This document shows, in pieces, positions 52,233-64,000 of a DNA stretch of 64,000 nucleotides. Source of the DNA: Mytilus trossulus (lineage: Eukaryota); contig NC_086386.1 of assembly GCF_036588685.1 (NCBI RefSeq), positions 48,608,001-48,672,000 on the forward strand. The letters run 5' to 3'. The notes beneath the pieces are model-generated. The model was not told where the DNA came from. It worked only from the letters and a program-made list of their open reading frames with translations, and searched no databases. The translations under genes and the position numbers were made by a program. The stretch's first letter is position 1, and every line of letters begins with the position of its first letter.

Positions 52233-52944
52233 GGGGGTCCACTTACTTTGTGATGAGTGGCATGGGTGAGCCACTGGAATAAGTCACTATTTCATGCTCT
52301 GTGATACACATGCACATTTTGAATTAAAAAAAATCGTGTCTGAAAATCATTTGACGAACTGATTTGGAACCAAACTTCAAGGGCAAGGAAACAATAAATT
52401 CAGAATCTTCTTTTAGAAACATAAATACAATTAAGATTACAAATTTATTAACTCTATTGCTTCCGACATTTATATTGAAAACACCATTTCTAGATCTCGA
52501 GATTGTTTTAATTTTTAGTATAGATACGTATTATCCATGCGGTCGTTTTGTGGAACGAGAGCTTTAAATTTAATAGTATCTAGTACCGAGATGTTATATA
52601 AATATTTCAATGAAGGATCACAAATACCATGAAATACAGCCTTTTAAAAAATCAACTTGATGAACGTTGCAAAGTCACCACCAAATGTTAATGCTGGTTC
52701 AAACAAATTACTTAATAATCCTATTATACTTATTGATAGACACATAATGTACAAATAAGATTTACAGGGTACCGTAGTGTGATAAAGAAATGAAATAGCA
52801 TAACACGAACTTTAACTAAACACGTAAAAAATAATTAGATGTGTGATTTCAAAATAACGAAAGAAATGTCAACGTAAAACTGGGATGTGTTCATTTCTAA
52901 TACCAAACAATTCTATATTTATTTTTTTTTATGTTTGATTATCC

Positions 52945-55533
52945 CAATTTTTTAAATGTTTTGAAATTTGGAAATTTTTTCCAACTTGAAATCATTATAA
53001 TGTTCAAATTCTAAAATTCTTTTAAAATTAAATAGTTCAGTTATTTGTTTTAGCTTTGATCATTTCGCTTTTTGAGAGCTTGATTTTTTGGGGTAGTTTT
53101 TGATAAAAAAAATTCATAAAAAGACTAAAAAGATGTATTTTAATCATGATATAAGTAGCTCTTGCTTGATTTATTGCAGGCTATGAATATAAGATAATTT
53201 CAACTGAATTTTATTTATTTTTTTACATGTAGGTGTTGTGCTGTTACACCACTATTCATTATTAAGGCGAGGGTTCATTACCTGCCAACAAGTAAAATTC
53301 CGCAACATTCTGTATGTGCCTGTTCAAAGTCAATGATAGCTGCCATACTAAAAGTTTTTTTTAACTTTACTAATTATACATTCTCACTTTATGTATTTTA
53401 CAGTCACGTTGTTTATTTCTGTATATCATACTTGTATTTCATTCATTGTATCGTACATGAATCAAGGTTGAAAGGTTTTGCCTTTGTCATTTCGAGGTCT
53501 TTTGAAGCGGACTATGTGGTATAGGTTTTAGATCATTGTTGAAGGATATACGGTAACCTATATTTTTACCTTTGGTGTCATTAGTTCAGGTTGGCAATAG
53601 TAGCACATCTTCGTATTTTCATATTTAAATTCATAAAGATCCAAATTGTCTTCATTAGAATATCACGAAGATTATACTAGACATATGATTGAGGTGTCCA
53701 TTACATAAAATACGCATTTAAAAAAACAGAGGGTTCGTTTCCGATTAACTCCCTTTTAAACATATATTTGACACAAAAGACGTGTCATTTTGGTTTAGGA
53801 GAAGTGGATATATATGCCAATGTGATAAAGAGATGTATTGGGAAACAAGTTATTACATTTGGTTAATGAGATCAGATAATTTTGGTATGTGATAACGAGC
53901 CATCCTGTCTCCCGGAATGACAAGTGTAAAACAATTCAAATAATAATGTCCCCCCCCCTAATATCAACGGCCTAAAAATGAAAGTAAAACAAATAATTTA
54001 TGTAACGCATCAACAAGAGAACATCACTGAATTGCAGGCTTCTGACTTGGAACAGGCAATTACATGCCGAATATGGCGGGGTTAAACATGTTCTATTGCC
54101 GATTATTAATCTGAAATACAGAAATAAAACCGCCAAAATAGCAAAACTCTATATAATATTAATCGCTATTTTGCCGAATTTAGACAAAGAGTTCTTAAAA
54201 CTTATAAATCAATTCTAGCTGTAGAATTTATAAATCAATTTTTTAAATGTTTTGAAATTTGGAAATTTTTTCCAACTTGAAATCATTATAATGTTCAAAT
54301 TCTAAAATTCTTTTAAAATTAAATAGTTCAGTTATTTGTTTTAGCTTTGATCATTTCGCTTTTTGAGAGCTTGATTTTTTGGGGTAGTTTTTGATAAAAA
54401 AAATTCATAAAAAGACTAAAAAGATGTATTTTAATCATGATATAAGTAGCTCTTGCTTGATTTATTGCAGGCTATGAATATAAGATAATTTCAACTGAAT
54501 TTTATTTATTTTTTTACATGTAGGTGTTGTGCTGTTACACCACTATTCATTATTAAGGCGAGGGTTCATTACCTGCCAACAAGTAAAATTCCGCAACATT
54601 CTGTATGTGCCTGTTCAAAGTCAATGATAGCTGCCATACTAAAAGTTTTTTTTAACTTTACTAATTATACATTCTCACTTTATGTATTTTACAGTCACGT
54701 TGTTTATTTCTGTATATCATACTTGTATTTCATTCATTGTATCGTACATGAATCAAGGTTGAAAGGTTTTGCCTTTGTCATTTCGAGGCCTTTTGAAGCG
54801 GACTATGTGGTATAGGTTTTAGATCATTGTTGAAGGATATACGGTAACCTATATTTTTACCTTTGGTGTCATTAGTTCAGGTTGGCAATAGTAGCACATC
54901 TTCGTATTTTCATATTTAAATTCATAACGATCCAAATTGTCTTCATTAGAATATCACGAAGATTATACTAGACATATGATTGAGGTGTCCATTACATAAA
55001 ATACGCATTTAAAAAAACAGAGGGTTCGTTTCCGATTAACTCCCTTTTAAACATATATTTGACACAAAAGACGTGTCATTTTGGTTTAGGAGAAGTGGAT
55101 ATATATGCCAATGTGATAAAGAGATGTATTGGGAAACAAGTTATTACATTTGGTTAATGAGATCAGATAATTTTGGTATGTGATAACGAGCCATCCTGTC
55201 TCCCGGAATGACAAGTGTAAAACAATTCAAATAATAATGTCCCCCCCCCTAATATCAACGGCCTAAAAATGAAAGTAAAACAAATAATTTATGTAACGCA
55301 TCAACAAGAGAACATCACTGAATTGCAGGCTTCTGACTTGGAACAGGCAATTACATGCCGAATATGGCGGGGTTAAACATGTTCTATTGCCGATTATTAA
55401 TCTGAAATACAGAAATAAAACCGCCAAAATAGCAAAACTCTATATAATATTAATCGCTATTTTGCCGAATTTAGACAAAGAGTTCTTAAAACTTATAAAT
55501 CAATTCTAGCTGTAGAATTTATAAATCAATTTT
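52945..55533. repeat. Tandem duplication, 1291-bp period, nearly identical
   Basis: Duplicated ORFs at 53333 and 54624; junction microhomology caatttt; only a few differences (ggtct/ggcct, aaagat/aacgat, homopolymers). Confidence 0.95.
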
Positions 55534-55805
55534 AGCCGTAGAATTTATAAATCAATTTTAGCCGTAGAATTTGAAATCAATTCTAACCATAGAACTGTTC
55601 TAGAAGTATTTGGTCAGTTCTAGCTAGAACTGTCTAAAACTGTTCTATGGTAAAACTGTCCAAATCAGTTCTAGGTAGAACTGACCAAATCAGTTCTAGG
55701 TTAGAACTGTGTTAGCTAGAACTGACTAAAAGATGTCAGGCTGACAGTTCTACGTACTGTCCTAGAACAGTTTTCCTGACAGATTCTGACAGATTTAATA
55801 AGGGG
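55480..55805. repeat. Short direct and inverted repeats (tagaactg/cagttcta, tagaatttataaatcaatt) ending ...atttaataagggg; probable subterminal region of a DNA transposon
   Basis: Motifs in both orientations ending in a GGG terminus. Confidence 0.55.
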
Positions 55806-57439
55806 TTAGAAGTTATCTCCACTGTATATTATGTAGAGAACGGTTGACATAAGTTGTACATATTAAATCAAATTGAAAATTTCAAAATTTGTCAAACGTC
55901 TTAAGCATGATCCTGTGAATTGAAACATTTATTAAGACAGCAATCAAATATGTTGTATAGGATGTGTCCAAGCTCAGCCGTTTTCATCCTAATTTGTACC
56001 GATTATCCCGTTCTCTATCCGATTTCAATCCTATAGTATGTGTATCGTTTCAATGGTCAACAATTACAAAATCTGTCTCGACAACGTCTCGATTCTGTCG
56101 AATACGACCCGATGTGTCTGATATTAAACAGGAGCTATAATCGGCCCTTCATGAACGACACATGATAACCACACCACAATAGGACCACGATCCTGCTACA
56201 ACCTCAGAAATTATGAAAATTTGGAAGCCGTAGAACGATTGCGGTGGTTTTGCATATGGTGAGATCGTATTGAGGACGTACCAATTAATTCTTCATGTTT
56301 GTGGAATCAACGACAAACTTTGAACATGCTCAAAACATTCGAAGTTCAGTTATGACCAACATTAGTTGTAGCATATGTCGTCGCTGGCCTTCCAAAATGT
56401 CGTATATGATTTTTTAGGATAAAAATACTTTGTGACACCAATGGTCAGGGCGGGAGGAAATCTTTGGTATTACAAAAAAGCATGAAGTTAGACCAATCAA
56501 AACATTTTAAATAAGACATATTACAAAATTACCAATGTCAGTTGTTTGTAAAGTTTGCTTCCAAAATGTTGTATGAAAACTTGTAAATCGTTGTATAATG
56601 GCTTTGAGAATGAAATAATTGTACATTTTTTTATTTCTGTGAACATAATCTAAGTTCTCTGATAGTCCAAAAATGTCAAAGTTTTTTTTTTTATTTCACT
56701 GCTCATGAAAAAAAATGTTTAAGTTCAAATACAACAGTGGAATCATGCTATTTGTCAAAAATTTTTAAAGCCTGTTTGTGAGATATTTTTTTCTTGAAAA
56801 AATCAATTTACAACATTTTGGAACCCAGCGACGATATGTAGGACTCTAAACCGCGATGGTGACGCTGAAGTGCGATGGTTTGAATCTGGAGTTCGTTTAT
56901 GATTACGCTGAAGTGCGATTGTGGCATTGTGACGGCTATAGTGTTGATAGCTACGCGGAAGTGCGATGGTAATAACGCTGCAGTGCGAAGGTCTTCTCAA
57001 ACTACGTTTTCAAAGCTTTTCATGTCGATGTATATGTCACTTTGTATGTAAGAAGCAATTTATTGGTTTTAAGTCTGTAATTTTTTTAAATTAAAAACGA
57101 GAAACGAGAAACTGCAAAGATTGGTGAATAGGGGAAAGTTAACCTTCCGTAGTGAACTTGTTTTTTTTCGAAATCTACAAACACTTCATTTTTACGCGTA
57201 CGATGGGGCGTGACATTTTCGCAATCTGTATATTAAATGATATTTTCGTAATCCAGGAACTTATGTGAGACCCTAGTAAAAATAAAATTTAATGCAGAAT
57301 TATGTTCACATGCATGCAGAAATGAAACGGACAATCTCTAATCTCGCAGAAAGGACGAAGTAAAGACGTATTAAGATTGGCATTGGCACAGAAGAATCGC
57401 ATTAGAAACTTTGTGCAATCGGGGGAAAATATTTCTCTA

Positions 57440-59030
57440 CGACCTAATGCCCTAGTCAAACTATAGACCACGATCGCACAATTCGCTCTTCGCGATCTAA
57501 GATAAATTCAAATCAAAGCGAGGTCGCTGTATGGATGGTATGAACGGGAAGAAAATGTTGATTTACGTTATTTTCACTGCTAATACGTCCTCATTACGTT
57601 TCTACAACGATCCTATTAATTACGATTAAACTACGTTTTCACCACGCTTATTCTACGACCTCACTACTATTATCACGTTCTTACTACACTTATCACGTTC
57701 TCAATACTGCCACACCACGATTTATCCGATTGCAAAACGATCTCATCCCGCTTTTTCTGCGATAATAGCTAGCACACTTTTACCATGATCATTCTTCGAT
57801 TTGATCACGTTCATCTCGCGATCTATCTACGCTCTTAGCAATACCATGCAGGTACATAATGTAATGTCAACATCATATTTCATATAAATACTGGTCCATT
57901 CCTTGTAATTGTCATAATTAATACGTAGAGTTCTCGAAAACAACACAGGCATACATGCCATTAAAATCTATCACAAGTTGTTGACGTAGTGGTAGGGTAA
58001 GAGGTACAAAATGTATAGCGAAGTAACCTCTCACAGGAGTCCTGATCCAGTAAAGATGTCGGATCAACCAATCCAACCTTGGTTTAACATAGATGTGTCA
58101 TGCATGCATGCATAGTTGAGGTGTTGGAAATATGGACACTAGTTCTAAATTGCATATATTGTCAAACACATATGATTTGTCTTTCTATGATGGGATGTTA
58201 TACTACTGTTTCAGAAAAGGGAGAAGATTTGGTACCATTAAAACGTTTAATCCCGCTGCTGTTGTTTGCACTTTATCCTATAGATTACACAATTGGGTTT
58301 CCCATTTGAATTGTTTTACAATAGTAGTGTTTGATATCCTTTATAGCCTACTGTTCGATGTGGGCCTAGGCACCGTGAAGACCGTACCTTGACTTATAAT
58401 TATTTACTTTTATAAATTGTGACTTGAATGGAGAGTTGTCTCATTGGCACTCATGCCACATCTTCCTATATCTGAACACAACATGGAAAGCTTTTATATG
58501 TTTATTTGACAATGACAATGAACATGTCTAGAGCTCGAAATGGTCATGGTATGGTCGTAGTCAGGTCGTAAGACCAGCGTAAAGAAGACGAAATGAACGT
58601 GCTAGAATCGTGCTATGGTCTTGAACAGCATAGTATGAACTTGGTATTGTCGTAGTAGAAGCAGTGCTGGGTTACATGGATAACGTGATGGTCGTAGTAA
58701 CGTCGCTGTGAGACCAGAATGCAATCTCTCTGACTAGTCTCTCCGACTAGAATCGAACTTTCACTACCGTCTCTCGCTACGATGGTACAGCAACTTTGTG
58801 ATACTACCATGACCCCACTACGCTCTCGGCACGTTCTACTGTACGATCGGAGTTTCGCCACTATACCACACCATGATGTTTTTAACATGTTAAAAGGTCA
58901 CGCTCACCATGATCATGAAGACCATACCATGACCGTACTACGAAGAGGAAGTAGGCTGCTACTATACCGGCGCTTGCCGTCCCAAGTACGACCTCACTAC
59001 GATTTTACTGTCTTTATTCTGATTTCGTTC
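57440..59030. mobile_element. Degenerate CACGAT/CTACGA-rich repeat (Harbinger/ISL2EU-like non-autonomous family); related pieces at about 55950-56400, 62225-62310 and 62980-63163
   Basis: Recurrent ctacga/cacgat/tcgtag words; the piece near 63163 ends ...gggattgtggcc|tca. Classification is inference. Confidence 0.4.
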
Positions 59031-61040
59031 AAGAAGAATCTCATATATATGATAATTTATACAGATACATGATGCTTGAAGTATGATTTATATGATCTAA
59101 TGAGACATAGAATAAGAATAAGAATAGTTGAATTTGTCAATTATGACTCCCATGATTAGCAGAATAAATAAATTGCAAATGATATTATGATGATAGGCGA
59201 TAATATCTATTTTGGTCTATGAAAGGCTTTATAATTTCTCGCTACATTGAAGACCTGTCGGTGACCTTCTGTTGTTGTTTTTTCTATGGTCGGATTGTTG
59301 TCTCTTTGACACATTTCCCATTGCCATTCTCAATTTTATTTACATTATATATGGACAAAGTACAGGAATTCCGACTGCCGCTTGAAATGAAGGTATTTTG
59401 GATAGGATCAGACAATTCCATCTGTAGAAAGGTTAATGATTTCTTAGCGTTCATATAATGTTGCACTTTACTAACATGCGGCAATATATGTTATGTCCCA
59501 ATTCAGAAAGAATGAGACTTCAAACATTCACATCCAAACAAATTCCCGTTATTGGCCATACATGTACAAGACCGTTTTTGAAACAGGTTTCTCCAAAATT
59601 AATGTGATGGAGTGTTTAATCAGATTTCAAACAATGCGCTTATAAAAACATCAGGAAAATTATTGTATAATAAATCTGTCAACAAATTTATATATATGGT
59701 AAATTGCAAGTTTTAATATTCAGTAATTATAGTTTATTAGAGAAAACTCAGCCGCAGAAGACTGCGTAACATAAATTATCATACATAAAACAGCGTTTTG
59801 TAAAATGTCTAGAACAAATAGCAATTATGTAAATAAAACATTTTACAAAAACTTAGAAAATGCCTTTAACATGCACATACATGTATATAACATTGAGGGT
59901 TCACCAATCCTTAAACGCATTAGTTATAGTTGTTTCTCCCTGTAAATGTGTCAGTATCGATATGATCTCTTTGATAGATAACGGAACCTTTGTAGATTTA
60001 GAAGGGATTGGCACTAGCATATTCAATTCATTTCAACCACATGTCCCGCGGCTTGGACTAATACTACGCATTAATTGATGTCATACACTTTACCGTTATC
60101 TACCCTGCCATTACTAATGACTGAAGCAAAACGTGTACAGAAAAATTAATGATGAATCTGTTACTAAGGACTGATACTTTGTTACCTGAAAAAAGGGGGG
60201 ATTATTTTTTTGGGAATAGAAAGGGGGTATTTAAATGCTCGATACTTCATATGGGGGGATTCTATATTTCAAACATGCAAGAATATAACTAAATTGATGA
60301 GTACTGTAAATCAGTACATGTCATATGATTATTCAGCAGAAGTGTCTAACACTTGATTCAGATGTCTCATATATAAATCTAAACTGAAAACTACGTTCAA
60401 ACCTATGATTACGTTGGATAAAAACCGCAACTTTTATACTTGTGCATGTAAAACAAATTTCGTTGTAGAAGGGTCTAAATACAGCACAAACAACATTTTC
60501 CAAAAGACCAAAAAAGTGAAAAAGTACATATTTAAACAAAATGCATTTGACTAACAGGTCTAACAACTGATGTTCTTTAACCCTGCTGACTGCCATTGGC
60601 GATAGCCAAATAAAAATTGATCACGAGATGTAACAAAAAGGATCTTAATATATTTATAACTAAACAGAAAACAATAAACGTAATTGTGGCCAACATATTT
60701 ATATATATTGGCACTCACACCTCATCTTCCTATATCTATATATCGTGGTATTACCGAAGAAGGATATCTGTTATCCGAAATATCTAACATTTGTTCATTT
60801 TATTGTATTTCATGGTAATGGTGTACCCTTTTTGGATTGTCATATAAAAAATATGTTCCAGACCGTGAAAATGCTGAAAATATTACGTTACTTGAATTGT
60901 GTCACCTTGGGCGAGAGTACCAAAATAGGATTCAGATATACAATTAAACAAATACCTAATTTCAATTGTTCGTTTGTTCATTTAATCTATCTAATTGTAA
61001 TAAATTATCAATTACAATTTGTAAAACTAAAAATAAAGAG

Positions 61041-61207
61041 TGTTCCAATTTAACCCATATGATCAAATAACATGTATGGTAAGATCGTACTGGACCGTAT
61101 GCGTATACTCATACGGTCCGACCGTATGCGTATGGTCGGACCGTATGAGTATACGTATACGGTCCGGACCGTACGCGTACGGTCCAAATACTCATATGAT
61201 CTGGAAT
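61041..61207. mobile_element. Palindromic MITE built from ggaccgtatgcgtat units
   Basis: tgttcca...tggaata termini; nested inverted repeats (accgtatg/catacggt). Confidence 0.7.
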
Positions 61208-62309
61208 ATATATATTACCTGCAGCAACTACACTTTAGTACTTATCTACTTGTGTATGCCTCAATCCGCTCGGATAATTTGTTCAGATACAAATTCTAAG
61301 TTTCAACATTCTATATTACGGGAAAATATTCTTATATGTAATTTAATTTACTTCTTTTCAAAGAATAAAAAAAACAGTGTGCTGAAATAGAAAGAATGTG
61401 TGGTTAAAGTCAATGAGGTTAAAACAAACAGTGTCCGAAGTCGTTTGCATATGGTTCATAAGTTTTTCTAGTTTCTCGCGTTTTTTTTATAGATTAAATT
61501 TTTGTTTTCCTGCTTGAACGGGTTTACACTAGTTATTTTGGGGCCCATAATAGCTTCTGAATTGAAGACCGTACTGTGACCTATATTGGTTTACTTTTAC
61601 AAATTGTGACTTGGATATTGACACTCTTACCACCTCTTCTTATATCAATTATCTTTATCTATATAAAGTTCAACTCCCCTTCTCTAAGCTTTATTTGCAC
61701 TACTATAGTTCAAATAATAGTATAAGAATGTATTTTTTTTCTGTTGTGAATGATACAAATATTGAAAAGTATTGGGGGAAATTTATTATCAAATACTAGA
61801 CTAAGTATATCTCCCTTTAGAGTGACTTTCAATAACCATTAATAGATATAACTTTCCCCAAACTTCTCAGAGAAGGCCGTATGGTGAACTATAGTGACGA
61901 TATGTTAGTGAACAATAGCAGAGATGACACAGATGTGTCAACAGATATAGAAAACTGTGGTATGAAAGCTAATGAGACAACTCTCCATCCAAGTAACAAT
62001 TTATAAAAGTAAACCATTATAGGCAAAGGTACGGCCTTCAACACGGAGCCATGGATCATACCGAACAGCAAGCTATAAATGGCCCAAAAAATTGCTAGTG
62101 TAAAACCATTTAAACGAGAAGCATGGTTGAGCTGTTACAGCAAATGGACAAGGATTACATACAGACAAGCAAAGCTTAAAGATATATAATATATTTTATA
62201 AATCTTTATAAAAATAAGAATCACGCTTTCGTTACGCTGTGACTGCGATAGTACAGCGACCTATGCGATCTTACTACAACATTAGAGCGCTCTCACTACG
62301 CCTCCATAC

Positions 62310-62730
62310 TATAAAAAAGGAGATGTGGTATGATTGCCAATGAGACAACTATCCACAAAAGACCAAAATGACACAGACATTAACAACTATAGTTACCGTA
62401 CGGCCTTCAACAATGAGCAAAACCCATACCGCATAGTCAGCTACAAAAGGCCTCGATAAGACAATTCAAAAGAAAAAAAATAAGGGTCTTATTTATGTAA
62501 AAAAATGAACGAAAAACAAATATGTAACACATAAACAAACCACTGAATCTACAGGCTCATGACTTGGGACAGGCACATACATAAATAATGTGGCGGGGTT
62601 AAGCAGGATCCCAACCCTCCCCTAACCTCCTCGGACAGTGGTATAACAGTACAACATAAGAACGAACTATAAAAATCAGTTGAAAAAAGCTTTATCATAT
62701 GGACAAAAATACAGGTGGACTTGGCCGGGT
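62310..62730 (-). repeat. Abundant interspersed repeat (gtcattttggtc..ttgtggagagttgtctcattggcaatcataccacatct family)
   Basis: Related copies at about 715-900, 1140-1222, 34140-34320, 50636-50760, 58230-58472, 61450-61650 and 61945-62118. Confidence 0.8.
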
Positions 62731-64000
62731 CAAAAGAAACGATACATGACTTTGGAATAAATTTTATCAAAAAGTATTAAATAGAAAACAAAATTGAGAT
62801 ACACTACTAGTATTTTAAAAAGCTTTCATTTGCAATGCATGCACACTTGATAATGAAAATCAAAACTTGTTGGAAAGTATTTAAATTCCGTGTAAACGAT
62901 CATAGGGTGTAAACTAGTTTTGCGCAAAGTTGAATGATAAATCGACACATAATTCGTGTATCGTTTTTGTTGTTGTTGACTAGTATACTACGACTTGCTT
63001 ACGCCACGACCGCACCACAATTGAAAGTTGGCCACGCTCATCGCGATCTTGAAGACCTCACCACGTCGTGATACGACCTTACTGCGATCTACACGATCTA
63101 CACGATCGTACTACGATGATCAAAATTTGCATTTATTTCATAAATCTTAGTGGGATTGTGGCCTCATAGGACTGCATTATTAGGGCCTATATCCCCTGAG
63201 ACGACCTCTCCGCCGGGAATGTCATAGTATATATATATACCCTGCCTGAGATCTGAATAACATATAATGTACATATAAATGTACATGTATGTAAGATGGG
63301 CTTTATTTTTTTTAATCAAAACTCCTGTCTTTGCTTTTATTTTCAAATTTCATCCTAGCCCTCCTCAGCTTCCTTGTTCTAAAAATCTAACGGAAGCTTC
63401 AGAATGTCATAAATGTGAATCTAATACATATATGTATAGAAGTCTTGTGGTTTATCAAGAAAACGTTCAGTTGAACCAGAAGAAAGACAAATCAAATCAA
63501 ATCAGATGTGATTGTGTCATAAATTCGTTGCTAACGACACTCGAATATGATAATAAAATTGAGAAAGGAAGTGGGGAATGTGTCAAAGGGACAACAACTC
63601 GATCCGACAACAGCTCTAACACAAGTAAATCTGTGACAAGGAACATAAGAAGTATAAATCCTTAATCTGAGCTTTGACAGATTTTGGTGACTTTATAAAG
63701 CAATCTTTACAAAAAATGAGGTCCATGTCCATCAAATATTACAGTATCATTTATAACTATATTTTGTACGTTTATATTTGTAGTTTTAGAAATGTTTGTA
63801 TTTGTGTTTGCTTGACATACATTTTTGTATATGGGTTTAAATTATTACTAAATACTATTACTGGCAGTAAATAATATCACTCCTTAACGCAGCCATCTGT
63901 TACTGCTCATTTTTCTCTAAACGAACAAACTATACCATTCAACCTTTTACTAAAGCAACTTTTACTTTGGAGATTTGACCCCCGGTTAGATTTCAAAAAG

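Noticed and set aside
1-64000. Most 60-110 aa ORFs in the supplied track
   Set aside because: Low-complexity F/L/I/Y-rich translations of AT-rich repeats, many with non-ATG starts.

Overview
AT-rich eukaryotic DNA, most likely a bivalve (Mytilus-like repeat families), dominated by transposon debris. There are no bacterial operons, rRNA genes or CRISPR arrays. Main content: (1) the signal-peptide first exon of a minus-strand gene near 2.8 kb; (2) a dispersed repeat family carrying type I hammerhead ribozymes (intact cores at 14402, 18405 and 19331; a 354-nt ribozyme-to-ribozyme unit at 18.06-18.48 kb that also holds an antisense hammerhead-like motif), clustered with decayed Penelope-like RT elements whose 3' sequence is shared with a hammerhead-bearing composite repeat; (3) CR1/L2-group LINE fragments, a tRNA-derived SINE, Helentron-type HINEs and several MITEs with TIRs and TSDs, including a three-level nest at 39.6-42.0 kb; (4) a putative plus-strand multi-exon gene (about 35.3-44.2 kb) whose 37/43-nt internal exon, with its splice sites, is amplified into a 15 x 99-bp tandem array of sequence variants, a candidate mutually exclusive exon cassette; (5) an intron-containing Sola/DUF7869-like transposase pseudogene (48.1-51.8 kb, minus); (6) a near-identical 1291-bp tandem duplication and arrays of palindromic motifs. 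All gene models were read by eye from splice signals and reading frames and need transcript confirmation.
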